From the human T2T-CHM13v2.0 reference genome, Homo sapiens: 64,000 nt of DNA. Shown in pieces: positions 1 to 13,057 of this stretch. Positions within the stretch are counted from its first letter, which is position 1, and each line of letters starts with the position of its first letter. Position numbers and translations under genes: made by a program. The DNA is taken from assembly GCF_009914755.1 (NCBI RefSeq), contig NC_060925.1. One strand, given 5' to 3'. Under the pieces are notes generated by a model. That model was not told the DNA's origin. It did not search any database and saw nothing but the letters and a program-made list of their open reading frames with translations.

Positions 1-48
1 GTGATCATCATCGAATGTACCCGAATGGAATCATCATCCAACGGAAGC

Positions 49-59
49 TAATGGAATCA
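49..59 (+). promoter_or_regulatory. DUX4-consensus match TAATGGAATCA (example; about 2 per canonical unit)
   Basis: Fits TAAYBBAATCA and occurs in GCTAATGGAATCAAC and TCTAATGGAATCATT. DUX4 is known to bind and activate HSATII. Occupancy cannot be shown from sequence. Confidence 0.4.
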
Positions 60-1384
60 ACATCGAATGAATCAAATGGAAACACCATCGAATTGAAACA
101 AATGGAATTACCATGAAATTGAATTGGATGGACTCATCATCAAATGGATTTGAGTGGAATCATCGAATAAAATTGATTGAAATCATCATCGAATGGAATC
201 GAATGGTATCATTGAATGGAATCGAATGGAATCATCGTCAGATGGAAATGAAAGGAATCGTCATAGAATGGAATCGAATGGATTCATTGAATGGAATCAG
301 ATGTAATCATTGAATGGACTGGAATGGAATCACTGAATGGACTCGAAAGGGATCATTATTGAATGGAATTGAATGGAATCATCAAATGGTCTCGATTGGA
401 ATCATTATCAAATGGAATCGAATGGAATCACCGAATAGAATCGAATGGAACAATCATCGAATGGACTCAAATGGAATTATCCTCAAATGGAATTGAATGG
501 AATTATCGAATGCAATCGAATGGAATTATCGAATGCAATCGAATAGAATCATCGAATGGACTCGAATGGAATCATCGAATGGAATGGAATGGAACAGTCA
601 ATGAACTCGAATGGAATCATCATTGAATGGAATCGAATGGAATCATCGAGTGGAATCGAATGTAATCATCATCAAATGGAATCAAAAATAACCATCATCA
701 AATGGAATCAAAAATAACCATCATCAATTGGTATTGAATGGAATTCTCATCAAATGGAATTCAAAGGAATCATCATCAAATGGAACCGAATGGAATCCTC
801 ATTGAATGGAAATGAAAGGGGTCATCATCTAATGGAATCGCATGGAATCATCATAAAATGGAAACGAATGGAATCAACATCAAATGGAATCAAATGGAAT
901 CATTGAACGGAATTGAATGGAATCGTTATCGAATGAATTGAATGCAATCATCGAATGGTCTCGAATGGAATCATCTTCAAATGGAATGGAATGGAATCAT
1001 CGCATAGAATCGAATGAAATTATCATCGAATGGAATCGAATGGAATCAACACCAAACGGAAAAAAACGGAATTATCGAATGGAATCGAAGAGAATCATCG
1101 AATGGACCCGAATGGAATCATCTAATGGAATGGAATGGAATAATCCATGGACTCGAATGCAATCATCATCGAATGGAATCGAATGGAATCATCGAATGGA
1201 CTCGAATGGAATAATCATTGAACGGAATCGAATGGAATCATCATCGGATGGAAACGAATGGAATCATCATCGAATGGAAATGAAAGGAGTCATCATCTAA
1301 TGGAATTGCATGGAATCATCATCAAATGGAATCGAATGGAATCAACATCAAATGGAATCAAATGGAATCATTGAACGGAATTGA

Positions 1385-2170
1385 ATGGAATCGTCATCGA
1401 ATGAATTGAATGCAATCATCGAATGGTCTCGAATGGAATCATCTTCAAATGGAATGGAATGGAATCATCGCATAGAATCGAATGGAATTATCATCGAATG
1501 GAATCGAATGGAATCAACATGAAACGGAAAAAAACGGAATTATCGAATGGAATCGAAGAGAATCATCGAATGGACCCGAAAGGAATCATCTAATGGAATG
1601 GCATGGAATAATCCATGGACTCGAATGCAATCATCATCGAATGGAACCGAATGGAATCATCGAATGGACTCGAATGGAATAATCATTGAACGGAATCGAA
1701 TGGAATCATCATCGGATGGAAATGAAAGGAGTCATCATCTAATGGAATTGCATGGAATCATCATAAAATGGAATCGAATGGAATCAACATCAAATGGAAT
1801 CAAATGGAATCATTGAACGGAATTGAATGGAATCGTCATCGAATGAATTGAATGCAATCATCGAATGGTCTCGAATGGAATCATCTTCAAATGGAATGGA
1901 ATGGAATCATCGCATAGAATCGAATGGAATTATCATCGAATGGAATCGAATGGAATCAACATGAAACGGAAAAAAACGGAATTATCGAATGGAATCGAAG
2001 AGAATCATCGAATGGACCCGAAAGGAATCATCTAATGGAATGGCATGGAATAATCCATGGACTCGAATGCAATCATCATCGAATGGAATCGAATGGAATC
2101 ATCGAATGGACTCGAATGGAATAATCATTGAACGGAATCGAATGGAATCGTCATCGGATGGAAATGAATG
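1385..2170 (+). repeat. Tandem duplication with 442-bp period
   Basis: Private variants CAACATGAAACGG, CCCGAAAGG and GGAATGGCATGG recur at +442 (ORF-track marks 1482/1924 and 1547/1989). Confidence 0.88.
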
Positions 2171-5100
2171 GAATCATCATCGAATGGAATCGAATAGAAT
2201 TATGGAATGAAATCCAGTGTGATCATCATCGAATGGACCCGAATGGAATCATCTTCCAACGGAAGCTAATGGAATCAACATCGAATGAATCGAATGGAAA
2301 CACCATCGAATTGAAACGAATGGAATTACCATGAAATTGAAATGGATGGACTCATCATCGAATGGATTCGAATGGAATCATCGAATAAAATTGATTGAAA
2401 TCATCATCGAATGGAATCGAATGGTATCATTGAATGGAATCGAATGGAATCATCCTCAGATGGAAATGAATGAAATCGTCATAGAATGGAATCGAATGGA
2501 TTCATTGAATGGAATCAGATGGAATCATCGAATGGACTGGAATGGAATCATTGAATGGACTCGAAAGGGATCATTATTGAATGGAATTGAATGGAATCAT
2601 CGAATGGTCTCGATTGGAATCATTATCAAATGGAATCGAATGGAATCACCGAATAGAATCGAATGGAACAATCATCGAATGGACTCAAATGGAATTATCC
2701 TCAAATGGAATTGAATGGAATTATCGAATGCAATCTAATGGAATTATCGAATGCAATCGAATAGAATCATCGAATGGACTCGAATGGAATCATCGAATGG
2801 AATGGAATGGAACAGTCAATGAACTCGAATGGAATCATCATTGAATGGAATCGAATGGAATTATCGAGTGGAATCGAATGGAATTATGATCAAATGGAAT
2901 CGAATGTAATCATCATCCAATGGAATCAAAAATAACCATCATCAATTGGTATTGAATGGAATTCTCATTAAATGGAATTCAAAGGAATCATCATCAAATG
3001 GAACTGAATGGAATCCTCATTGAATGGAAATGAAAGGGGTCATCATCTAATGGAATCGCATGGAATCATCATCAAATGGAATCGAATGGAATCATCATCA
3101 AATGGAATCTGAGGGAATCATTGAACAGAATTGAATGGAATCGTCATCGAATGAATTGAATGCAATCATCGAATGGTCTCGAATGTAATCACATTCTAAT
3201 GGAAAGGAATGGAATAATCGCATAGAATCGAATGGAATTAACATTGAATGGACTCGAATGGAATCAACATCAAACGGAATCAAGCGGAATTATCGAATGG
3301 AATCGAAGAGAATCATCGAATGGACTCGAATGGAATCATCTAATGGAATGGAATGGAATAATCCACGGACCCGAATGCAATCATCATCGTATAGAATCGA
3401 ATGGAATCATCGAATGGACTCGAATGGAATAATCATTGAACGGAATCGAATGGAATCATCATCGGATGGAAACGAATGGAATCATCATCGAATGGAAATG
3501 AAAGGAGTCATCATCTAATGGAATTGCATGGAATCATCATCAAATGGAATCGAATGGAATCAACATCAAATGGAATCAAATGGAATCATTGAACGGAATT
3601 GAATGGAATCGTCATCGAATGAATTGAATGCAATCATCGAATGGTCTCGAATGCAATCATCTTCAAAAGGAATGGAATGGAATCATCGCATAGAATCGAA
3701 TGGAATTATCATCGAATGGAATCGAATGGAATCAACATCAAACGGAAAAAAACGGAATTATCGAATGGAATCGAAGAGAATCATCGAATGGACCCGAATG
3801 GAATCATCTAATGGAATGGAATGGAATAATCCATGGACTCGAATGCAATCATCATCGAATGGAATCGAATGGAATCATCGAATGGACTCGAATGGAATAA
3901 TCATTGAACGGAATCGAATGGAATCGTCATCGGATGGAAATGAATGGAATCATCATCGAATGGAATCGAATAGAATTATGGAATGAAATCCAGTGTGATC
4001 ATCATCGAATGGACCCGAATGGAATCATCATCCAACGGAAGCTAATGGAATCAACATCGAATGAATCGAATGGAAACACCATCGAATTGAAACGAATGGA
4101 ATTACCATGAAATTGAAATGGATGGACTCATCATCGAATGGATTCGAATGGAATCATCGAATAAAATTAATTGAAATCATCATCGAATGGTATCGAATGG
4201 TATCATTGAATGGAATCGAATGGAATCATCATCAGATGGAAATGAATGGAATCGTCATAGAATGGAATCGAATGGATTCATTGAATGGAATCAGATGGAA
4301 TCATCGAATGGACTGGAATGGAATCATTGAATGGACACGAAAGGTATCATTATTGAATGGAATTGAATGGAATCATCGAATGGTCTCGATTGGAATCATT
4401 ATCACATGGAATCGAATGGAATCACCGAATAGAATCGAATGGAACAATCATCGAATGGACTCAAATGGAATTATCCTCAAATGGAATCGAATGGAATTAT
4501 CGAATGCAATCGAATGGAATTATCGAATGCAATCGAATAGAATCATCGAATGGACTCGAATGGAATCATCGAATGGAATGGAATGGAACAGTCAATGAAC
4601 TCGAATGGAATCATCATTGAATGGAATCGAATGGAATCATCGAGTGGAATCGAATGGAATTATGATCAAATGGAATCGAATATAATCATCATCAAATGGA
4701 ATCAAAAATAACCATCATCAATTGGTACTGAATGGAATTGTCATCAAATGGAATTCAAAGGAATCATCATCAAATGGAACTGAATGGAATCCTCATTGAA
4801 TGGAAATGAAAGGGGTCATCATCTAATGGAATCGCATGGAATCATCATCAAATGGAATCGAATGGAATCATCATCAAATTGAATCTAATGGAATCATTGA
4901 AAAGAATTGAATGGAATCATCATCGAATGAATTGAATGCAATCATCGATTGGTCTCGAATGGAATCATCTTCTAATGGAAAGGAATGGAATCATCGCATA
5001 GAATCGAATGGAATTATCATCGAATGGAATCGAATGGTATCAACACCAAACGGAAAAAAACGGAATTATCGAATGGAATCGAAGAGAATCTTCGAACGGA

Positions 5101-7980
5101 CCCGAATGGAATCATCTAATGGAATGGAATGGAATAATCCATGGACTCGAATGCAATCATCATCGAATGGAATCGAATGGAATCATCGAATGGACTCGAA
5201 TGGAATAATCATTGAACGGAATCGAATGGAATCATCATCGGATGGAAATGAAAGGAGTCATCATCTAATGGAATTGCATGGAATCATCATAAAATGGAAT
5301 CGAATGGAATCAACATCAAATGGAATCAAATGGAATCATTGAACGGAATTGAATGGAATCGTCATCGAATGAATTGAATGCAATCATCGAATGGTCTCGA
5401 ATGGAATCATCTTCAAATGGAAGGAATGGAATCATCGCATAGAATCGAATGGAATTATCATCGAATGGAATCGAATGGAATCAACATCAAACGGAAAAAA
5501 ACGGAATTATCGAATGGAATCGAAGAGAATCATCGAATGGACCCGAATGGAATCATCTAATGGAATGCAATGGAATAATCCATGGACTCGAATGCAATCA
5601 TCATCGAATGGAATCGAATGGAATCATCGAATGGACTCGAATGGAATAATCATTGAACGGAATCGAATGGAATCGTCATCGGATGGAAATGAATGGAATC
5701 ATCATCGAATGGAATCGAATAGAATTATGGAATGAAATCCAGTGTGATCATCATCGAATGGACCCGAATGGAATCATCTTCCAACGGAAGCTAATGGAAT
5801 CAACATCGAATGAATCGAATGGAAACACCATCGTATTGAAACGAATGGAATTACCATGAAATTGAAATGGATGGACTCATCATCGAATGGATTCGAATGG
5901 AATCATCGAATAAAATTGATTGAAATCATCATCGAATGGAATCGAATGGTATCATTGAATGGAATCGAATGGAATCATCCTCAGATGGAAATGAATGGAA
6001 TCGTCATAGAATGGAATCGAATGAATTCATTGAATGGAATCAGATGGAATCATCGAATGGACTGGAATGGAATCATTGAATGGACTCGAAAGGGATCATT
6101 ATTGAATGGAATTGAATGGAATCATCGAATGGTCTCGATTGGAATCATTATCAAATGGAATCGAATGGAATCACCGAATAGAATCGAATGGAACAATCAT
6201 CGAATGGACTCAAATGGAATTATCCTCAAATGGAATTGAATGGAATTATCGAATGCAATCGAATGGAATTATCGAATGCAATCGAATAGAATCATCGAAT
6301 GGACTCAAATGGAATCATCGAATGGAATGGAATGGAACAGTCAATGAACTCGAATGGAATCATCATTGAATGGAATCGAATGGAATCATCGAGTGGAATC
6401 GAATGGAATTATGATCAAATGGAATCGAATGTAATCATCATCCAATGGAATCAAAAATAACCATCATCAATTGGTATTGAATGGAATTCTCATTAAATGG
6501 AATTCAAAGGAATCATCATCAAATGGAACTGAATGGAATCCTCATTGAATGGAAATGAAAGGGGTCATCATCTAATGGAATCGCATGGAATCATCATCAA
6601 ATGGAATCGAATGGAATCATCTTCAAATGGAATCTGAGGGAATCATTGAACAGAATTGAATGGAATCGTCATCGAATGAATTGAATGCAATCATCGAATG
6701 GTCTCGAATGTAATCACATTCTAATGGAAAGGAATGGAATAATCGCATAGAATCGAATGGAATTAACATTGAATGGACTCGAATGGAATCAACATCAAAC
6801 GGAATCAAGCGGAATTATCGAATGGAATCGAAGAGAATCATCGAATGGACTCGAATGGAATCATCTAATGGAATGGAATGGAATAATCCACGGACCCGAA
6901 TGCAATCATCATCGTATAGAATCGAATGGAATCATCGAATGGACTCGAATGGAATAATCACTGAACGGAATCGAATGGAATCATCATCAGATGGAAATGA
7001 ATGGAATCATCATCGAATGGAATCGAATAGAATTATGGAATGAAATCCAGTGTGATCATCATCGAATGGACCCAAATGGAATCATCATCCAACGGAATCT
7101 AATGGAATCAACATCGAATGAATCGAATGGAAACACCATCGAATTGAAACGAATGGAATTATCATGAAATTGAAATGGATGGACTCATCATCGAATGGAT
7201 TCGAATGGAATCATCGAATAAAATTGATTGAAATCATCATCAAATGGAATCGAATGGTATCATTGAATGGAATCGAATGGAATCATCATCAGATGGAAAT
7301 GAATGGAATCGTCATAGAATGGAATCGAATGGATTCATTGAATGGAATCAGATGGAATCATCGAATGGACTGGAATGGAATCATTGAATGGACTCGAAAG
7401 GGATCATTATTGAATGGAATTGAATGGAATCATCGAATGGTCTCGATTGGAATCATTATCAAATGGAATCGAATGGAATCACCGAATAGAATCGAATGGA
7501 ACAATCATCGAATGGACTCAAATGGAATCATCCTCAAATGGAATGGAATGGAATTATCGAATGCAATCGAATAGAATCATCGAATGGACTCGAATGGAAT
7601 CATCGAATGTAATGGAATGGAACTGTCAATGAACTCGAATGGAATCATCATTGAATGGAATCGAATGGAATCATCGAGTGGAATCGAATGGAATTATGAT
7701 CAAATGGAATCTAATGTAATCATCATCAAATGGAATCAAAAATAACCATCATCAATTGGTACTGAATGGAATTGTCATCAAATGGAATTCAAAGGAATCA
7801 TCATCAAATGGAACTGAATGGAATCCTCATTGAATGGAAATGAAAGGTGTCATCATCTAATGGAATCGCATGGAATCATCATCAAATGGAATCGAATGGA
7901 ATCATCATCAAATGGAATCTGATGGAATCATTGAACAGAATTGAATGGAATCGTCATCGAATGAATTGAATGCAATCATC

Positions 7981-8275
7981 GAATGGTCTCGAATGTAATC
8001 ACATTCTAATGGAAAGGAATGGAATCATCGCATAGAATCGAATGAAATTAACATTGAATGGACTCGAATGGAATCAACATCAAACGGAATCAAGCGGAAT
8101 TATCGAATGGAATCGAAGAGAATCATCGAATGGTCTCGAATGGAATCATCTTCTAATGGAAAGGAATGGAATCATCGCATAGAATCGAATGGAATTAACA
8201 TTGAATGGACTCGAATGGAATCAACATCAAATGGAATCAAGCGGAATTATCGAATGAAATCGAAGAGAATCATCG
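7981..8275 (+). repeat. 147-bp tandem duplication within a variant module
   Basis: GAATGGTCTCG at 7981 and 8128; TTAACATTG and GGAATCAAGCGG each occur twice, 147 bp apart. Confidence 0.85.
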
Positions 8276-11200
8276 AATGGACTCGAATGGAATCATCTAA
8301 TGGAATGGAATGGAATAATCCATGGACCCGAATGCAATCATCATCGTATAAAATCGAATGGAATCATCGAATGGACTCGAATGGAATAACCATTGAACGG
8401 AATCGAATGGAATCATCATCGGATGGAAACGAATGGAATCATCATCGAATGGAAATGTAAGGAGTCATCATCTAATGGAATCGCATGGAATCATCATAAA
8501 ATGGAATCGAATGGAATCATCATCAAATGGAATCAAATGGAATCATTGAACGGAATTGAATGGAATCGTCATCGAATGAATTGAATGCAATCATCGAATG
8601 GTCTCGAATGGAATCAACTTCAAATGGAATGGAATGGAATCATCGCATAGAATCGAATGGAATTATCATCGAATGGAATCGAATGGTATCAACACCAAAC
8701 GGAAAAAAACGGAATTATCGAATGGAATCGAAGAGAATCTTCGAACGGACCCGAATGGAATCATCTAATGGAATGGAATGGAATAATCCATGGACTCGAA
8801 TGCAATCATCATCGAATGGAATCGAATGGAATCATCGAATGGACTCGAATGGAATAATCATTGAACGGAATCGAATGGAATCATCATCGGATGGAAACGA
8901 ATGGAATCATCATCGAATGGAAATGAAAGGAGTCATCATCTAATGGAATTGCATGGAATCATCATAAAATGGAATCGAATGGAATCAACATCAAATGGAA
9001 TCAAATGGAATCATTGAACGGAATTGAATGGAATCGTCATCGAATGAATTGACTGCAATCATCGAATGGTCTCGAATGGAATCATCTTCAAATGGAATGG
9101 AATGGAATCATCGCATAGAATCGAATGGAATTATCATCGAATGGAATCGAATGGAATCAACATCAAACGGAAAAAAACGGAATTATCGAATGGAATCGAA
9201 GAGAATCATCGAATGGACCCGAATGGAATCATCTAATGGAATGGAATGGAATAATCCATGGACTCGAATGCAATCATCATCCAATGGAATCGAATGGAAT
9301 CATCGAATGGACTCGAATGGAATAATCATTGAACGGAATCGAATGGAATCATCATCGGATGGAAATGAATGGAATCATCATCGAATGGAATCGAATAGAA
9401 TTATGGAATGAAATCCAGTGTGATCATCATCGAATGGACCCGAATGGAATCATCATCCAACGGAAGCTAATGGAATCAACATCGAATGAATCAAATGGAA
9501 ACACCATCGAATTGAAACGAATGGAATTACCATGAAATTGAAATGGATGGACTCATCATCGAATGGATTCGAATGGAATCATCGAATAAAATTGATTGAA
9601 ATCATCATCGAATGGAATCGAATGGTATCATTGAATGGAATCGAATGGAATCATCATCAGATGGAAATGAATGGAATCGTCATAGAATGGAATCGAATGG
9701 ATTCATTGAATGGAATCAGATGGAATCATCGAATGGACTGGAATGGAATCATTGAATGGACTCGAAAGGGATCATGATTGAATGGAATTGAATGGAATCA
9801 TCGAATGGTCTCGATTGGAATCATTATCAAATGGAATCGAATGGAATCACCGAATAGAATCGAATGGAACAATCATCGAATGGACTCAAATGGAACTATC
9901 CTCAAATGGAATCGAATGGAATTATCGAATGCAATCGAATGGAATTATCGAATGCAATCGAATAGAATCATCGAATGGACTCGAATGGAATCATCGAATG
10001 GAATGGAATGGAACAGTCAATGAACACGAATGGAATCATCATTGAATGGAATCGAATGGAATCATCGAGTGGAATCGAATGGAATTATGATCAAATGGAA
10101 TCGAATGTAATCATCATCAAATGGAATCAAAAATAACCATCATCAATTGGTATTGAATGGAATTGTCATCAAATGGAATTCAAAGGAATCATCATCAAAT
10201 GGAACCGAATGGAATCCTCATTGAATGGAAATGAAAGGGGTCATCATATAATGGAATCGCATGGAATCATCATCAAATGGAATCTAATGGAATCATTGAA
10301 CAGAATTGAATGGAATCGTCATCGAATGAATTGAATGCAATCATCGAATGGTCTCGAATGGAATCATCTTCTAATGGAAAGGAATGGAATCATCGCATAG
10401 AATCGAATGGAATTATCATCGAATGGAATCGAATGGTATCAACACCAAACGGAAAAAAACGGAATTATCGAATGGAATCGAAGAGAATCTTCGAACGGAC
10501 CCGAATGGAATCATCTAATGGAATGGAATGGAATAATCCATGGACTCGAATGCAATCATCATCGAATGGAATCGAATGGAATCATCGAATGGACTCGAAT
10601 GGAATAATCATTGAACGGAATCGAATGGAATCATCATCGGATGGAAACGAATGGAATCATCATCGAATGGAAATGAAAGGAGTCATCATCTAATGCAATT
10701 GCATGGAATCATCATCAAATGGAATCGAATGGAATCAACATCAAATGGAATCTAATGGAATCATTGAACAGAATTGAATGGAATCGTCATCGAATGAATT
10801 GAATGCAATCATCGAATGGTCTCGAATGGAATCATCTTCAAATGGAATGGAATGGAATCATCGCATAGAATCGAATGGAATTATCATCGAATGGAATCGA
10901 ATGGAATCAACATCAAACGGAAAAAAACGGAATTATCGAATGGAATCGAAGAGAATCATCGAATGGACCCGAATGGAATCATCTAATGGAATGGAATGGA
11001 ATAATCCATGGACTCGAATGCAATCATCATCGAAGGGAATCGAATGGAATCATCGAATGGACTCGAATGGAATAATCATTGAACGGAATCGAATGGAATC
11101 ATCATCGGATGGAAATGAATGGAATCATCATCGAATGGAATCGAATAGAATTATGGAATGAAATCCAGTGTGATCATCATCGAATGGACCCGAATGGAAT

Positions 11201-11281
11201 CATCATCCAACGGAAGCTAATGGAATCAACATCGAATGAATCAAATGGAAACACCATCGAATTGAAACGAATGGAATTATC

Positions 11282-13057
11282 ATGAAATTGAAACGGATGG
11301 ACTCATCATCGAATGGATTCGAATGGAATCATCGAATAAAATTGATTGAAATCATCATCGAATGGAATCGAATGGTATCATTGAATGGAATCGAATGGAA
11401 TCATCATCAGATGGAAATGAATGGAATCGTCATAGAATGGAATCGAATGGATTCATTGAATGGAATCAGATGGAATCATCGAATGGACTGGAATGGAATC
11501 ATTGAATGGACTCGAAAGGGATCATGATTGAATGGAATTGAATGGAATCATCGAATGGTCTCGATTGGAATCATTATCAAATGGAATCGAATGGAATCAC
11601 CGAATAGAATCGAATGGAACAATCATCGAATGGACTCAAATGGAATTATCCTCAAATGGAATCGAATGGAATTATCAAATGCAATCGAATGGAATTATCG
11701 AATGCAATCGAATAGAATCATCGAATGGACTCGAATGGAATCATCGAATGGAATGGAATGGAACAGTCAATGAACTCGAATGGAATCATCATTGAATGGA
11801 ATCGAATGGAATCATCGAGTGGAATCGAATGGAATTATGATCAAATGGAATCGAATGTAATCATCATCAAATGGAATCAAAAATAACCATCATCAATTGG
11901 TATTGAATGGAATTGTCATCAAATGGAATTCAAAGGAATCATCATCAAATGGAACCGAATGGAATCCTCATTGAATGGAAATGAAAGGGGTCATCATCTA
12001 ATGGAATCGCATGGAATCATCATCAAATGGAATCGAATGGAATCATCATCAAATGGAATCTAATGGAATCATTGAACAGAATTGAATGGAATCGTCATCG
12101 AATGAATTGAATGCAATCATCGAATGGTCTCGAATGGAATCATCTTCTAATGGAAAGGAATGGAATCATCGCATAGAATCGAATGGAATTATCATCGAAT
12201 GGAATCGAATGGTATCAACACCAAACGGAAAAAAACGGAATTATCGAATGGAATCGAAGAGAATCTTCGAACGGACCCGAATGGAATCATCTAATGGAAT
12301 GGAATGGAATAATCCATGGACTCGAATGCAATCATCATCGAATGGAATCGAATGGAATCATCGAATGGACTCGAATGGAATAATCATTGAACGGAATGGA
12401 ATGGAATCATCATCGGATGGAAACGAATGGAATCATCATCGAATGGAAATGAAAGGAGTCATCATCTAATGGAATTGCATGGAATCATCATAAAATGGAA
12501 TCGAATGGAATCAACATCAAATGGAATCAAATGGAATCATTGAACGGAATTGAATGGAATCGTCATCGAATGAATTGACTGCAATCATCGAATGGTCTCG
12601 AATGGAATCATCTTCAAATGGAATGGAATGGAATCATCGCATAGAATCGAATGGAATTATCATCGAATGGAATCGAATGGAATCAACATCAAACGGAAAA
12701 AAACAGAATTATCGTATGGAATCGAAGAGAATCATCGAATGGACCCGAATGGAATCATCTAATGGAATGGAATGGAATAATCCATGGACTCGAATGCAAT
12801 CATCATCGAATGGAATCGAATGGAATCATCGAATGGACTCGAATGGAATAATCATTGAACGGAATCGAATGGAATCATCATCGGATGGAAATGAATGGAA
12901 TCATCATCGAATGGAATCGAATAGAATTATGGAATGAAATCCAGTGTGATCATCATCGAATGGACCCGAATGGAATCATCATCCAACGGAAGCTAATGGA
13001 ATCAACATCGAATGAATCGAATGGAAACACCATCGAATTGAAACGAAAGGAATTATC
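11282..13057 (+). repeat. Representative canonical 1776-bp unit (804 + 468 + 504 bp between landmarks)
   Basis: Anchor 11282, module landmarks (ATGGAATCGTCATCGAATGAATTG) at 12086 and 12554, next anchor 13058. Confidence 0.93.
11975..12910 (+). repeat. Internal tandem pair of diverged 468-bp modules (M1, M2)
   Basis: M1 markers are GGGGTC, ATCGCATGG, GAACAGAA, TTCTAATGGAAAGG, GGTATCAACACC and AATCTTCGAACGG. M2 markers are GGAGTC, ATTGCATGG, GAACGGAA, TTCAAATGGAATGG, GGAATCAACATC and AATCATCGAATGG. Both carry the ACGGAAAAAAAC A-tract. Boundaries are approximate. Confidence 0.9.

Noticed and set aside
1056-1072. ACGGAAAAAAACGG A-tract as a retroelement poly(A) tail with target-site duplication
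   Set aside because: It is only 7 A and is a fixed part of the module. It aligns without length change to GGAATCAAGCGG in the divergent module, so it arose by substitution.
5080-5100. GAAGAGAATCTTCGAA as a heat-shock element
   Set aside because: It has only two properly inverted nGAAn units, whereas a canonical HSE needs three alternating units.
3098-6808. Two identical minus-strand 61-aa ORFs (3098-3283, 6623-6808)
   Set aside because: Chance stop-free CATTC-type translation, duplicated by the 3525-bp repeat.
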